A stretch of DNA of 59,908 nt, the filler included. It is 9 parts of 9 records of this genome, joined end to end, with 100 filler letters (N's around TTAATTAATTAA, not from the genome) between each part and the next. Parts side by side here need not be neighbours in the genome. Positions count along the whole stretch, not along the records: positions 17,967 to 24,284 come from SRR31147125_42782; positions 24,385 to 29,990 come from SRR31147125_42808; positions 30,091 to 35,545 come from SRR31147125_42820; 6 more parts are not named here. One strand, given 5' to 3'. The notes under the pieces were generated by a model. That model was not told the DNA's origin. It did no database searches and saw only the letters and a list, made by a program, of their open reading frames with translations. Positions within the stretch are counted from its first letter, which is position 1; each line of letters opens with the position of its first letter. The translations under genes were made by a program, and so were the position numbers. Positions 20,632 to 30,370 of the stretch are shown in pieces.

Positions 20632-22029
20632 ATGAAGTTTGCATTATTTTTTGGTAACAGAGGTTTTTTTCCAGGGGAATTGATTGCGAGCGCGAGGCAA
20701 GAAGTTGAAAAAGCGGTCAAAAGAGCAGGGCATGAGAGTATAGCATTGCCGGCTGATTTGACGAGATACGGTGCAGTTGAAAGCGTCAGTGAAGGCGAAA
20801 TATACGCAAAATTTCTTAAGGATAATGAGGGGCAATATGATGGTGTGATTATGTCATTGCCGAACTTTTCGGATGAAAACGGTGCAATTGCTGCTGTGAA
20901 GGATTGCGGTGTACCTATTTTGATACAAGCATATCCTGATGAATTCGGAAAAATGGACTTTAAACAGAGAAGAGATGCTTTTTGCGGTAAATTTTCAATA
21001 ATGGATGTTTTTTATCAATATAAATTACCATTTACAACGTTTATGCCGCATGTTGTACATCCGTTAAGTGATGCTTTTGTGGAGCAAATCGATAAGTTTG
21101 CAAGAGTTTGTAACGTAGTAAATGGTATGAAAAACTTTACTGTGGGTGCAATTGGTGCAAGAACAACTGCTTTTAAAACAGTTAGATTTGATGAACTAGC
21201 TTTGCAAAAAAAGGGGATTACAACTGAGACAATTGATTTATCTGAAGTGTTTTCAAGAATAGACAAAGTAGATGAAAAATCAGATGCTTATATCAAAAAA
21301 ATCGAACGTTTGAAAAATTACTCTGATTGGAGCTGTGTACCAGAAGGAAAGATGCAGATTCATGCTAAGGCCGGAGTTGTGATTGATAAAATAATTGAAG
21401 AATATAAGATGGATTGTGTTGCAATTAGATGTTGGGATGAGTTTGAAAGACATATGGGAATTTCGCCATGCATATTGCTGTCTGAAATGAATGACAGAGG
21501 GATGGTTGCTGCATGTGAGCTGGATATCTGTAATGCTATCCCAATGTATGCATTATCATTGGCTTCAGGTGCATCATCTACATGCCTTGATTGGAATAAC
21601 AACTATGGTGAAGAAGATGATAAATGTATTTTGTTCCATTGTGGACCAGTTGCTAAAAATCTTATGGTGGCAGACAGTGGACACATTACACAACATCCGA
21701 TGTTCCAAAAGGCATATGGCGAAGGATGTGGCTGGGGATGTAACGAAGGTCGGATTGCGCCGAATGACATCACATTGCTGTCATCCAAAACTGAAGATGG
21801 CGAACTCATTTTTTACATGAGTGAAGGGGAGTTCACTGGAGAAGATATTGAAAGTGAATTTTTCGGCTGTGCTGGTGTTGCAAGAATAGAAGGATTACAG
21901 CAAAAATTGCATGTTGTTGGAAAACAAGGCTTTAGACATCATGTTGGTGTAACAACAGGACATTTTGAGGAAGTTCTAAAAGAAGCTTTTGAATACCTTG
22001 GATACAGTACGATTGAGTGGGGAAAATGA
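20632..22029 (+). CDS. L-fucose/L-arabinose isomerase-like protein
   Basis: RRDAFCGKFS, AIRCWDE, ACELD, LFHCGP, FRHHVG. Confidence 0.85.
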   Translation: MKFALFFGNRGFFPGELIASARQEVEKAVKRAGHESIALPADLTRYGAVESVSEGEIYAKFLKDNEGQYDGVIMSLPNFSDENGAIAAVKDCGVPILIQAYPDEFGKMDFKQRRDAFCGKFSIMDVFYQYKLPFTTFMPHVVHPLSDAFVEQIDKFARVCNVVNGMKNFTVGAIGARTTAFKTVRFDELALQKKGITTETIDLSEVFSRIDKVDEKSDAYIKKIERLKNYSDWSCVPEGKMQIHAKAGVVIDKIIEEYKMDCVAIRCWDEFERHMGISPCILLSEMNDRGMVAACELDICNAIPMYALSLASGASSTCLDWNNNYGEEDDKCILFHCGPVAKNLMVADSGHITQHPMFQKAYGEGCGWGCNEGRIAPNDITLLSSKTEDGELIFYMSEGEFTGEDIESEFFGCAGVARIEGLQQKLHVVGKQGFRHHVGVTTGHFEEVLKEAFEYLGYSTIEWGK

Positions 22030-23138
22030 GAGCTGTAATATTTGGAGCAGGCAGTATCGGTCGCGGTTTTATTGGGGAGTTATTGAATCGTTCTGCATTT
22101 GAAATAGTATTTGTAGATATCGATAAAGATTTGCTTGAGAGAATATCTGATGTCGGTGGGTACTATGTTGACTTAATCGATTCTGATAATACTAAAAGGG
22201 TTTTTATTCCAGTGCATAAGGCGATTTATGGCAATGATATTGATAGCGTAGCGGAAGAGATTGCAAATTGTGATTTGATTTTTACAGCCGTTGGTATAAA
22301 CGCATTGAAATTTATTTCTCCTTCACTGGCAAGGGGACTGAAAGAAAGAAATGAAAAAGTAAACATTATTTTATGTGAAAATATGTCTGATGCGCATGTG
22401 TATATGCATGAGCTCATTAGTGAACACGTGAGTGATGAAGTTATCCAAAGAGTTGGATTCTTACGTGCATCAGTTGGGCGAATGGTGCCCTTGCCAGGTG
22501 ATAGTGCTGATTTGTTAATTGTTAAAGCAGAGACTTATGCACATTTACCGGTTGATGGTGAGGCAGTCGTTGGTTCATTACCTTGGTTTGAAGGTTTGGA
22601 AATTGTTAAACCATTCGATTATGCTATCGAGCGCAAGCTATTCATTCATAATTTAGGACATGTAGCTTGTGCGTGGATGGGTGGTCTTAAAGGATGCACC
22701 TATATATGGGAAGCAATCAGCGACGAAACGGTTAGAAATAATGTGATTAAAGCGATGCAGGAAGCGGCAAATGGGTTAGCCGTAAAATATGGGGTTGACC
22801 AGAAAGAACATCTTGTTCATATTGAGGATTTGATTAATCGATTTGCTAATAAGTCTCTTGGTGATACAGTTGGGCGTGTCGGGAGAGATTGGAAGAGAAA
22901 ACTCTCACCTAGCGATCGGGTTATTGGTGCACTTAAACTGTGTAAAATATATGATCTTCCAAGAGATGGAATATACGAAGTTATTGCTGTAGGTTTGAAA
23001 TATTGCGCAGTTAATAAAAGTAGTGATAGTTGTTGTGAAATTATTGAATCAAAAGGCATCAAATATGTATTGAAAAACTTCTGTGATATTGAAGATGATT
23101 GTGAAGTTGAAAGCGTGATGAAAAAATATGTGCGTTAA
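22026..23138 (+). CDS. mtlD: Mannitol-1-phosphate 5-dehydrogenase family protein
   Basis: AVIFGAGSIGRGFIG, TAVG, ILCEN, VGRMVP, ERKLFIHNLGH, RVGRD..RKL...DR. Confidence 0.82.
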   Translation: MRAVIFGAGSIGRGFIGELLNRSAFEIVFVDIDKDLLERISDVGGYYVDLIDSDNTKRVFIPVHKAIYGNDIDSVAEEIANCDLIFTAVGINALKFISPSLARGLKERNEKVNIILCENMSDAHVYMHELISEHVSDEVIQRVGFLRASVGRMVPLPGDSADLLIVKAETYAHLPVDGEAVVGSLPWFEGLEIVKPFDYAIERKLFIHNLGHVACAWMGGLKGCTYIWEAISDETVRNNVIKAMQEAANGLAVKYGVDQKEHLVHIEDLINRFANKSLGDTVGRVGRDWKRKLSPSDRVIGALKLCKIYDLPRDGIYEVIAVGLKYCAVNKSSDSCCEIIESKGIKYVLKNFCDIEDDCEVESVMKKYVR

Positions 23139-23168
23139 CAAACCACCGCACATAATTGGAGAATTTTT

Positions 23169-24167
23169 ATGGATGAAAGATATATTAGCGCAAGAGTAGG
23201 TAACTTAAATCAAGTTGCATATGCTCATAGAATCACATATAGCGAAGGCAAGGCGCAAGGGTTAAAGGCAATTGAAATTGACAACGGCGCAGGACTATGC
23301 TGTACCTTATTGGAAGACAGATGTTTAGATATTGCAAAACTCAGTTATAAAGGGGTCAACTTAAGCTTTTTAGCAAAACCAGGGCTTACATCAACTACCC
23401 ATTGCAATCCGATGCCAGGTGAGTTTGTTCGATATTTTTACGCAGGTATGCTATATACATGCGGGCTAAAAAATGTTGGACCAAATGCTAGGCAAGGTAG
23501 TGAAGAATTACCACTGCATGGGCGATTAGGCATGACGCCAGTTGAGAATGTTTGTGCAAAAGTGCTATGGGAAGAAGGTTTGATAAAAGTAAGTGGCAGG
23601 GTTGTTTTGGCGAGTTTATTTGGGAACAACTTAAGTTTAAATAGAACAATAAAAATTCCTTTGTTTGGAAGCGACATAGAAATTGAAGATACTGTAAAGA
23701 ATCATGGATTTGTAGATGAAGAGATTATGTTGATATATCATTGTAACTTTGGATGGCCAATGCTATCTAAGCATACTGAACTGGATATTTCACATAGTAA
23801 AGTAGAATCTAGAGACGAAGTATCTATGAAGGGCATAGAGGAATGGAATGTTTTTGATGAGCCGATTAACACATGCAAAGAGCAAGTGTTTTATCATACA
23901 CCAACATGCAAAGACAAGGGTTTAGCATGTGCTACTGTGTCGAATAAAGATTTAGGAATAGCTACAGATATTAAATTTGACCCTAAAAGGTTGCCCCACT
24001 TAATTCAGTGGAAATCGATGTCGTCTGGGGACTATGTTCTGGGGATTGAGCCATCGACGAGTAGAGTTGATGGTATAGGAGCAGAAAAAAAGGCAAAACG
24101 ATTTAGTTTGATTGAGGCTGGCAGTGAACAAACATTTAGTGTCTTATTCTCAATTAAAGATATCTAA
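23169..24167 (+). CDS. Aldose 1-epimerase-like protein (DUF4432)
   Basis: DRCLDIA, TCGL.NVG, LPLHGR, YHCNFGWP, YVLGIEP. Confidence 0.85.
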   Translation: MDERYISARVGNLNQVAYAHRITYSEGKAQGLKAIEIDNGAGLCCTLLEDRCLDIAKLSYKGVNLSFLAKPGLTSTTHCNPMPGEFVRYFYAGMLYTCGLKNVGPNARQGSEELPLHGRLGMTPVENVCAKVLWEEGLIKVSGRVVLASLFGNNLSLNRTIKIPLFGSDIEIEDTVKNHGFVDEEIMLIYHCNFGWPMLSKHTELDISHSKVESRDEVSMKGIEEWNVFDEPINTCKEQVFYHTPTCKDKGLACATVSNKDLGIATDIKFDPKRLPHLIQWKSMSSGDYVLGIEPSTSRVDGIGAEKKAKRFSLIEAGSEQTFSVLFSIKDI

Positions 24168-24259
24168 TTATAAAAGATTAAATGGGTTAATACAATTAAA
24201 AATTATTATGGTTTATGCTTAGCTGATTAAGCATGAGAAATAAATTTAAAGGAGAAAAA

Positions 24260-24284
24260 ATGAAAAAATTATTGGTAGTGTTAG
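24260..24284 (+). CDS. N-terminal fragment of an exported protein (possibly a substrate-binding lipoprotein)
   Basis: RBS AAGGAG followed by MKKLLVVL, cut at the contig end. Confidence 0.45.
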
Positions 24285-24384
24285 NNNNNNNNNNNNNNNN
24301 NNNNNNNNNNNNNNNNNNNNNNNNNNNNTTAATTAATTAANNNNNNNNNNNNNNNNNNNNNNNNNNNNNNNNNNNNNNNNNNNN
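24285..24384. other. Artificial contig linker
   Basis: 44 N + TTAATTAATTAA + 44 N. Confidence 0.99.
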
Positions 24385-24386
24385 CG

Positions 24387-24533
24387 TTTCTCTCCCTCAC
24401 ACTGAGCATCGGGATCACGGAAATCCGGCCGGAGGATGAATCGGCTGAGGAGATTCTGGACAGAGCGGACAAACACCTCTACAGGGCGAAGGAACAGGGC
24501 AGGAACCGGATCGTTTCGGCCGGCAGGATCTGA
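24387..24533 (+). CDS. GGDEF diguanylate cyclase, C-terminal fragment
   Basis: LTLSIGITE...EEILDRADKHLYRAKEQGRNRI*, the canonical end of a GGDEF domain. Confidence 0.85.
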   Translation, partial: FLSLTLSIGITEIRPEDESAEEILDRADKHLYRAKEQGRNRIVSAGRI

Positions 24534-24551
24534 CAACCGGAATCAGAGAGG

Positions 24552-25646
24552 TTATTCAGGACCTTCTCCGGCCAGGACGCCGGAAAACCGTGAGATGATC
24601 ATTTCATTGAACCGTTCCGGCTCCTCGTAAAATGGGAAGTGGGCTGATTTTTCAAACCAGACGATCTCTTTTACCGGAGCTCTCAAAAGATCACAGTACT
24701 CCTCTGCAAGTGAATGGGGCGTATCATAATCAAACCGGCCGGTAAAAAAATAGACAGGGACATCAACCCGGGGGATGGTTCTGCGCAAATCTATTGCCCA
24801 GACCGCTTCATCATTGAACAATTCCTGAGAGAACTCCCAGCCCCGGAACAGTTCTTCCTGATAGTCTTCGTAAATTTCACTGTTGATGATCTCATCTTCG
24901 ATGCCGGCGGAATCCCTCTCCCCATAAACTTCTCCGCCGTAAAAACTGACCCACTTCATTGTGATGTCATAACCGGAATCATCCCGGTATTCCCCCTGTT
25001 CATCCGGACGTCCCACCCGTTTCAGCTCCCTCACGGCACGCCTGTTTCTATCCGTACCTGCTTCCGCCAGAGCAAAGTCATAACCGAGCTGCTCATTTTC
25101 AATCGTATCGACCACCTGGCCGACTCCGCAGAATGCATAATAATCCCCGGGAAACCTATGGATCAGATATGTCCCGAGAACGGTTCCGAAAGAGTGACCT
25201 ATCAGGAAGATCTTTCTGCGGCCAAACCGGGCTTTCAGGACATCCGTCAGTTCATGAGCATCGGAGATGAACTGCTCAAGAGTCATACTCTCTGCGGGAA
25301 TATCAGGCGAGCAGGACCGGCCGGCCCCTCTCTGATCCCAGTTCACCACAATGAAGTGATCCTCCAGCGTCCTGTTGTTTTCATGAAACAGGGACATCAT
25401 GGCAAAACCGGGACCGCCGTGAAGGATCAACAGAACCGGTTTGGAATCATCACTACCCTGAAGGGAGATCCATTGATCTATCCCGCCCAGACGAATTTGT
25501 TCCAGACGGTTTATACCCGCCGGATTCCCGGAGATGTTTTCCTGACCGTATGCTGAGCTTCCAGCCAGGAAAGCTGCCAATACAAACGTGACCCAAATCG
25601 TTATTCTGCATCTTACGAAGAAATTGTTATGACTGAATAAAAACAC
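24552..25646 (-). CDS. Alpha/beta hydrolase (proline iminopeptidase-like), secreted
   Basis: LHGGPG, WDQRGAG, GHSFG nucleophile elbow, WFEKSAHFP. Start codon uncertain. Confidence 0.88.
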   Translation of the reverse strand: MFLFSHNNFFVRCRITIWVTFVLAAFLAGSSAYGQENISGNPAGINRLEQIRLGGIDQWISLQGSDDSKPVLLILHGGPGFAMMSLFHENNRTLEDHFIVVNWDQRGAGRSCSPDIPAESMTLEQFISDAHELTDVLKARFGRRKIFLIGHSFGTVLGTYLIHRFPGDYYAFCGVGQVVDTIENEQLGYDFALAEAGTDRNRRAVRELKRVGRPDEQGEYRDDSGYDITMKWVSFYGGEVYGERDSAGIEDEIINSEIYEDYQEELFRGWEFSQELFNDEAVWAIDLRRTIPRVDVPVYFFTGRFDYDTPHSLAEEYCDLLRAPVKEIVWFEKSAHFPFYEEPERFNEMIISRFSGVLAGEGPE

Positions 25647-25767
25647 TCGGGGAACCTTCCTGCATTCCGGAATGGATCCATTTTATATCCGGATTACCAG
25701 AAAATCCAATTACCATAGTCGAATATCTGCACATACAGCCCCCACCTCAGATGACAGAGGCTATTAC

Positions 25768-26601
25768 TCACCCTTTCAGTCCGGTCATAGCAATCCCCGC
25801 CACGAAATACTTCTGAAGCATGGTAAAGATAACCAATACCGGCAGGGTCGCCATGACCGCTCCAGCCATGATCTGATTATAGAAAATGCGGTTCTGTCCC
25901 TGCATCAGGGCGATACCGACGGATAGTACCCTGGTTTCATCGGAAGAACTGATAATCAGGGGCCATAACAGATCATTCCAGGAATACATGACTGTAAAGA
26001 TAACAAGAGCCATAACAGCCGCCTTCGTCAGGGGAAAAAGCAGCTTTCTGAAAATCATGAAATAGGAGCAGCCGTCTATTTTACCAGCATCCATCAGTTC
26101 ATCCGGCAGGGTCATGTAGAACTGCCTGAGAAGAAACATACCGAAAGCACTGAACATCCCGGGAAGAGCGACACCCAAAAGGGTATCAATGAGTCCCAGA
26201 TTCCGCATGATCATATAGTTGGGAACCAGAATCATCTGCGGCGGAATCATTAATACTGACAACAGAGCCAGGAATATCGGTTCCTTGCCGCGGAAAGGAA
26301 TCTTTGCAAAAGAGAATGCTGCCATCGAACAGAAAAGAACCTGCGCGGCGGTTCTCAATACTGTGATAAACAATGTATTTCGATAGAAAAGCAGAAAGGG
26401 GATGTTGTACATGATATCACTGTAATTCTGCCAGTGTAATCTCGATGGCAGAACAGAAGGAGGTACCATCATCAACTCTGTTTCCGTTTTAAAAGATGAC
26501 AGAATCATCCAAATAAAGGGGAGCGCCATAAGCAAACCGAAAAAAAGAATGACAACAGTCAGAAGATAATCTGTTTTTTTGATTGATTTCAACATACTCA
26601 T
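25768..26601 (-). CDS. Carbohydrate ABC transporter permease (MalG-type)
   Basis: PFIWMILSSFK, FLLRQFY.TLPDELMDAGKIDG (EAA loop), WNDLLWP. Confidence 0.93.
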   Translation of the reverse strand: MSMLKSIKKTDYLLTVVILFFGLLMALPFIWMILSSFKTETELMMVPPSVLPSRLHWQNYSDIMYNIPFLLFYRNTLFITVLRTAAQVLFCSMAAFSFAKIPFRGKEPIFLALLSVLMIPPQMILVPNYMIMRNLGLIDTLLGVALPGMFSAFGMFLLRQFYMTLPDELMDAGKIDGCSYFMIFRKLLFPLTKAAVMALVIFTVMYSWNDLLWPLIISSSDETRVLSVGIALMQGQNRIFYNQIMAGAVMATLPVLVIFTMLQKYFVAGIAMTGLKG

Positions 26602-26608
26602 AATACTC

Positions 26609-27507
26609 CTAACTGTAATGAACCCATTTCTTCTGTCCTTTGAACTGAATCACCGTGATAATCAGTATCACCAGGAACAGAACAAATGCCTGTGCGGATG
26701 AATATCCCATTTTGAAGAAGATAAAACCATTCTCATAAATACTGACGACCAGTGTACCGGCAGCCTTCTTAAGCACTCCCGGAGGAGAGGCTCCCAGAAT
26801 AATGAATGCCGTATCGAAAACCTGAAAACAGGCAATAAGCTGTGTAACAATGACAAAAAAAAGTGTCGGAGTCAGCATAGGAAGAGTAATGGAAAAAAGC
26901 GTCTGAATGCATTAGCTCCATCAATCTTCGCGGCTTCATAAAATGTCAGGGGAATTCCTCTGAGACCGGAAATGACAATAATCAGATTGAAGGCAAATCC
27001 AAGCCATATTCCGATAAACATCACTGAAACAAGGACATAATCGGGACTGGACAGCCAGGGGATCCCGGTAATTCCGATTTTTCTGAGGACCGAATTCACA
27101 AGACCGAATTCAAGATTCAGCATCCATTTCCAGATGAGAGCGGCCGCAGCCGGCATGGTCATGACAGGAAGCAGATAGAGAAGACGCAGATACTGATGGC
27201 TCTTCCGGTCTTCTCCGGCCAGGAGGACTCCGAAAAGGACAACCAGAATGACAATTACCGGAACTACAATCAGAGTATAAACAAATGTGTTCCTTAATGA
27301 ACTGAGGAACAGCGGATCCCTCAGTATAGCTGAAAAATTACCCAGCCCTGTCCAGCTGGGAGAGGACAGTCCATTCCATTGAAACAACCCCAGAACAATT
27401 GAAACCAGAATGGGGAAGATATAAAAAACTAACAAACCGATTGAATTGGGAGCGATCATTAGAAGTCCCTGAACGGAATCCTTCTCCCAGAATCTCTTCT
27501 TTATCAA
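26609..27507 (-). CDS. Carbohydrate ABC transporter permease (MalF-type), one frameshift
   Basis: YEAAKIDGANAFRRFF then SITLPMLTP. The two ORFs join if one base is added to the A6 run at 26893-26898. Confidence 0.9.
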
Positions 27508-27569
27508 TACAAACCTCCTTTGTTATCCACAATCCATACATAACTATCAACGGATTCAGAGATAAGAAC

Positions 27570-27620
27570 CGGGTCCGGAACTGTCATCAATCCAGTGATG
27601 AACTGCAGAATCCGGACCCG
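27570..27620. terminator. Long intergenic stem-loop between binding-protein and permease genes
   Basis: CGGGTCCGGA...TCCGGACCCG with an inner TCATCA/TGATGA stem. Likely an mRNA-stabilising or partial terminator hairpin. Confidence 0.55.
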
Positions 27621-27642
27621 TTACTAGTCGTGGCTGCTATTC

Positions 27643-28910
27643 TCAGGGTTCAGTAGCCAGAATGGCATCCATCTCCTCGGCAATCGTACTCATGGCGGCT
27701 TCGGGAGTTTTGTAGCCCATCCAGGCATCTTTCAGCTCTCTGGTTTCCACAGCCATCCATTCAGATGTCTTGTGGGAAACAGGATAGGGGTAGGAATAAT
27801 TCTGAGCATCGATGAAAACCTGCAGATTCATGGAAGGAATTGCCTTGACCCAATCATCCGCCATCCCTTCAAAACTGGGAATCGTTATTCCTGTGGCGGC
27901 CAGAGAAGCACTGAAATCCTTTGCCGTAAGGGTCTTCAGAAGCTCCCATGTTGCATCCTTTGAGTCGGTATGACTATAGCCGGCCCAGCCCAGTCCGTGA
28001 ATAATGGATTTTCTCTCTCCGGTGCGGGGGCTTTGGGGAGAGGGGCGATATCCACATCATCCCCAAGCGCCTGATATACCACTGGAACATACCAGGAACC
28101 AATGGTTATCATCGCCGCCTTGCCGGAATTGAACATATCAGCAGGATTGTTGAGTTCCGCAATCTGCAGACCTTCAGGAGCACATTTATCTTTATACATC
28201 ATATCAATAAGAAAACGGACTGCTTCAATACTTCCCGGCTTGTCAAATCCGGATTTCTTCCAGTCGGAAGAGATAATTTCTCCGTCATTCATAACCATAA
28301 AGTTGTAATAACCGCTCTGACTCTCATGGGTGGCAATAAATCCATACTGCTTGCCCGTAGGAGTATCTTTGGTCAACCTGACAGCAGCGTCTTTCAGAGT
28401 GTTCCAGTCCCAGGATTCATCAGGATATGCCATTCCAGCTTCATCAAACATTTTTTTATTATATGCCAGGGCGATTGTATCAAACTGTTCGGGAACAACA
28501 TGGATATCACCATCAACCGAGTACTTCTCAATCAGAGACTCAGGATAAACAGAGGAGTCTATTCCATCCCTGTCAAGATAAGACTGCAGGTTCAGCAGCA
28601 GACCGTTTGATGAATATTTGGGAAAGTTGGGAACATTCATCCAGAAAACATCAGGTGCTGTACCGGCAACAGCAGTCGTCTGAAGTTTTTCCCAGTACTG
28701 GCCCCAGGGAACAACAGTCGTATTAACCTTGATACCGGGATGTGACGCTTCAAATCCGGCGATTGCTTCATCAATTACCGGTTTCTGAACATTATCCCAA
28801 TACATAAGATCCAGAGACACTTTTCTGCCTTCTGCCCCCTCACTCTGACCGCCGGCATAAACAGAACAGACCATCAGTACTGTCATAAGAACCAGAAATA
28901 CCTTTTTCAT
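27643..28910 (-). CDS. Sugar ABC transporter substrate-binding protein, one frameshift
   Basis: MKKVF..VYAGGQSE (spirochaete-style N-terminus), APDVFW, LAYNKKMFD. The frame resumes TGERKSIIHGLGW after the G5 run at 28026-28030. Confidence 0.9.
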
Positions 28911-28946
28911 AACATACTCCTTTATATTGTTTAAAAACCGAAGTTT

Positions 28947-29990
28947 TTACTTCCCAGAATAATCTTTCATCGATATCGTGATGCCGTTGTTTCGGGATTC
29001 TTCTGCGGCAAATGCCATCATATGGCTCTGAATTGATCTCTCCAGAGAACTGGAAAGAGGTTGAGACCGATCATTCAGATGAATGAGAAAATCTCGGATA
29101 ATTCCCGTATCTCCTCCTCCATGACCTTCTCCTTGTCCGTCCAGTTGAATCCTCTGTGTTCGCCGGGAGGAAAAATCAAAAATCTCGATTTCTTTTTTTT
29201 CCATATGCCCCCGCAGTTCCCCTTTATCTCCGAGTATTTTTATGGTTCGGTATGTCTCCCCGGTAAAGGCACTCATTGTAAATACAGCGGGAATATTTCC
29301 GTCAAACTCCAGGTTCACAGTCTGGTGCTCCACCACATCGTTATCACAGGCATAGACGCAGCGGCCGTAAGGCCCGTTCTGAAGAGCCTTGGTTATCCCT
29401 TCAGGTGTCAGATCCGTTGTCAGCACATTCACAGGCCATTCAGTCTTTCCATCCAGATAAATTTTCGGGGCATAATACGGGCAGCCGGAACGGTGCGGGC
29501 AACCGTCCAGGCACCGGTCGGGAGCTCCTTCAGGCTGTTTTTTCCCGGTAAAGACTGTTCGGGCACCAAAGGAAGATAACCGGAGACAGTCCATCCCGGT
29601 CAGGTATAACAGGATATCCATATCATGACAGCTTTTCGCCAGGATCATGGGAGAGGATTCATCCCTACGCCGCCAGTTGCCCCTGACATAGCTATGAGAG
29701 TAGTGAAGATGTCCCACATTTTCATTATGCTGGATTCCACGAATTCCTCCGATAGCACCCTCATCAATCAGTTCCTTCAGGGCCATAAAAAAGGGGGTAT
29801 ACCGAAGAACATGCGCCACTGCTACAGCTGAGTTATGTTTGTTGTACTCCCTGTACAGCTGTAAACACCCTTCTTTATCCGGAGCGACAGGTTTTTCCAG
29901 CAGAACGTCGTATCCCTGCCTCATAGCCTGAACAGCAGGCTCTACATGCATGGTGTCCTGTGTGCAGATAAAGGCCGCATCAGCCATTCT
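28947..29990 (-). CDS. Gfo/Idh/MocA oxidoreductase (5' truncated)
   Basis: VLLEKP, HVLRY, HSYVRGNW, LAKSCHDMD, GHGGGD. Confidence 0.92.
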   Translation of the reverse strand, partial: RMADAAFICTQDTMHVEPAVQAMRQGYDVLLEKPVAPDKEGCLQLYREYNKHNSAVAVAHVLRYTPFFMALKELIDEGAIGGIRGIQHNENVGHLHYSHSYVRGNWRRRDESSPMILAKSCHDMDILLYLTGMDCLRLSSFGARTVFTGKKQPEGAPDRCLDGCPHRSGCPYYAPKIYLDGKTEWPVNVLTTDLTPEGITKALQNGPYGRCVYACDNDVVEHQTVNLEFDGNIPAVFTMSAFTGETYRTIKILGDKGELRGHMEKKEIEIFDFSSRRTQRIQLDGQGEGHGGGDTGIIRDFLIHLNDRSQPLSSSLERSIQSHMMAFAAEESRNNGITISMKDYSGK

Positions 29991-30090
29991 NNNNNNNNNN
30001 NNNNNNNNNNNNNNNNNNNNNNNNNNNNNNNNNNTTAATTAATTAANNNNNNNNNNNNNNNNNNNNNNNNNNNNNNNNNNNNNNNNNNNN
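29991..30090. other. Artificial contig linker
   Basis: 44 N + TTAATTAATTAA + 44 N. Confidence 0.99.
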
Positions 30091-30159
30091 GTAGCTCAGC
30101 TGGATAGAGCAACGGACTTAATCCGTAGGTCGCAGGTTCGAATCCCGCCGGGCGCGCCA
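30091..30159 (+). tRNA. tRNA-Arg-like gene, 5' truncated, with a 5-nt anticodon loop (anticodon probably TCT or CCT originally)
   Basis: D-arm GCTCAGCTGGATAGAGC (A20), anticodon stem ACGGA/TCCGT, T-loop TTCGAAT, acceptor 3' CGGGCGC-G-CCA. Confidence 0.85.
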
Positions 30160-30167
30160 ATAATATC

Positions 30168-30206
30168 AAGGGGTTGCAGCCACTGTGCTGTCTTCCCCTT
30201 TTTTTT
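30168..30206 (+). terminator. Imperfect hairpin + U-tract after the tRNA
   Basis: AAGGGG.TGCAGC...GCTGT..CCCC followed by T8. Confidence 0.55.
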
Positions 30207-30370
30207 GTGTGTGGTTTTGTGTGTGGGTCGTGTGGGGTTTTTTTCGGGACTTCTCGAAAACCTGCATAGCCTCTCGCTGTGCGCCTGTAACGCGCCACAT
30301 GGTTTGAAACCATTTAACGGATGGTTTGAAACCGCGTAAAAAGCTCTTTGTAACGCGATTGAAGAGTTTT

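Noticed and set aside
24714..25556. 280-aa + strand ORF
   Set aside because: Lies entirely antisense to a clear alpha/beta hydrolase and has no motifs.
30112..30126. Ochre-suppressor tRNA (TTA read as the anticodon)
   Set aside because: It would need a 4-bp stem and C instead of the invariant U33. The phage genes use TAA as a normal stop.
30091..30159. tRNA-Lys(TTT) with a collapsed T-run
   Set aside because: A20 in the D-loop, the CGGGCGC acceptor strand and the G73 discriminator point to Arg.
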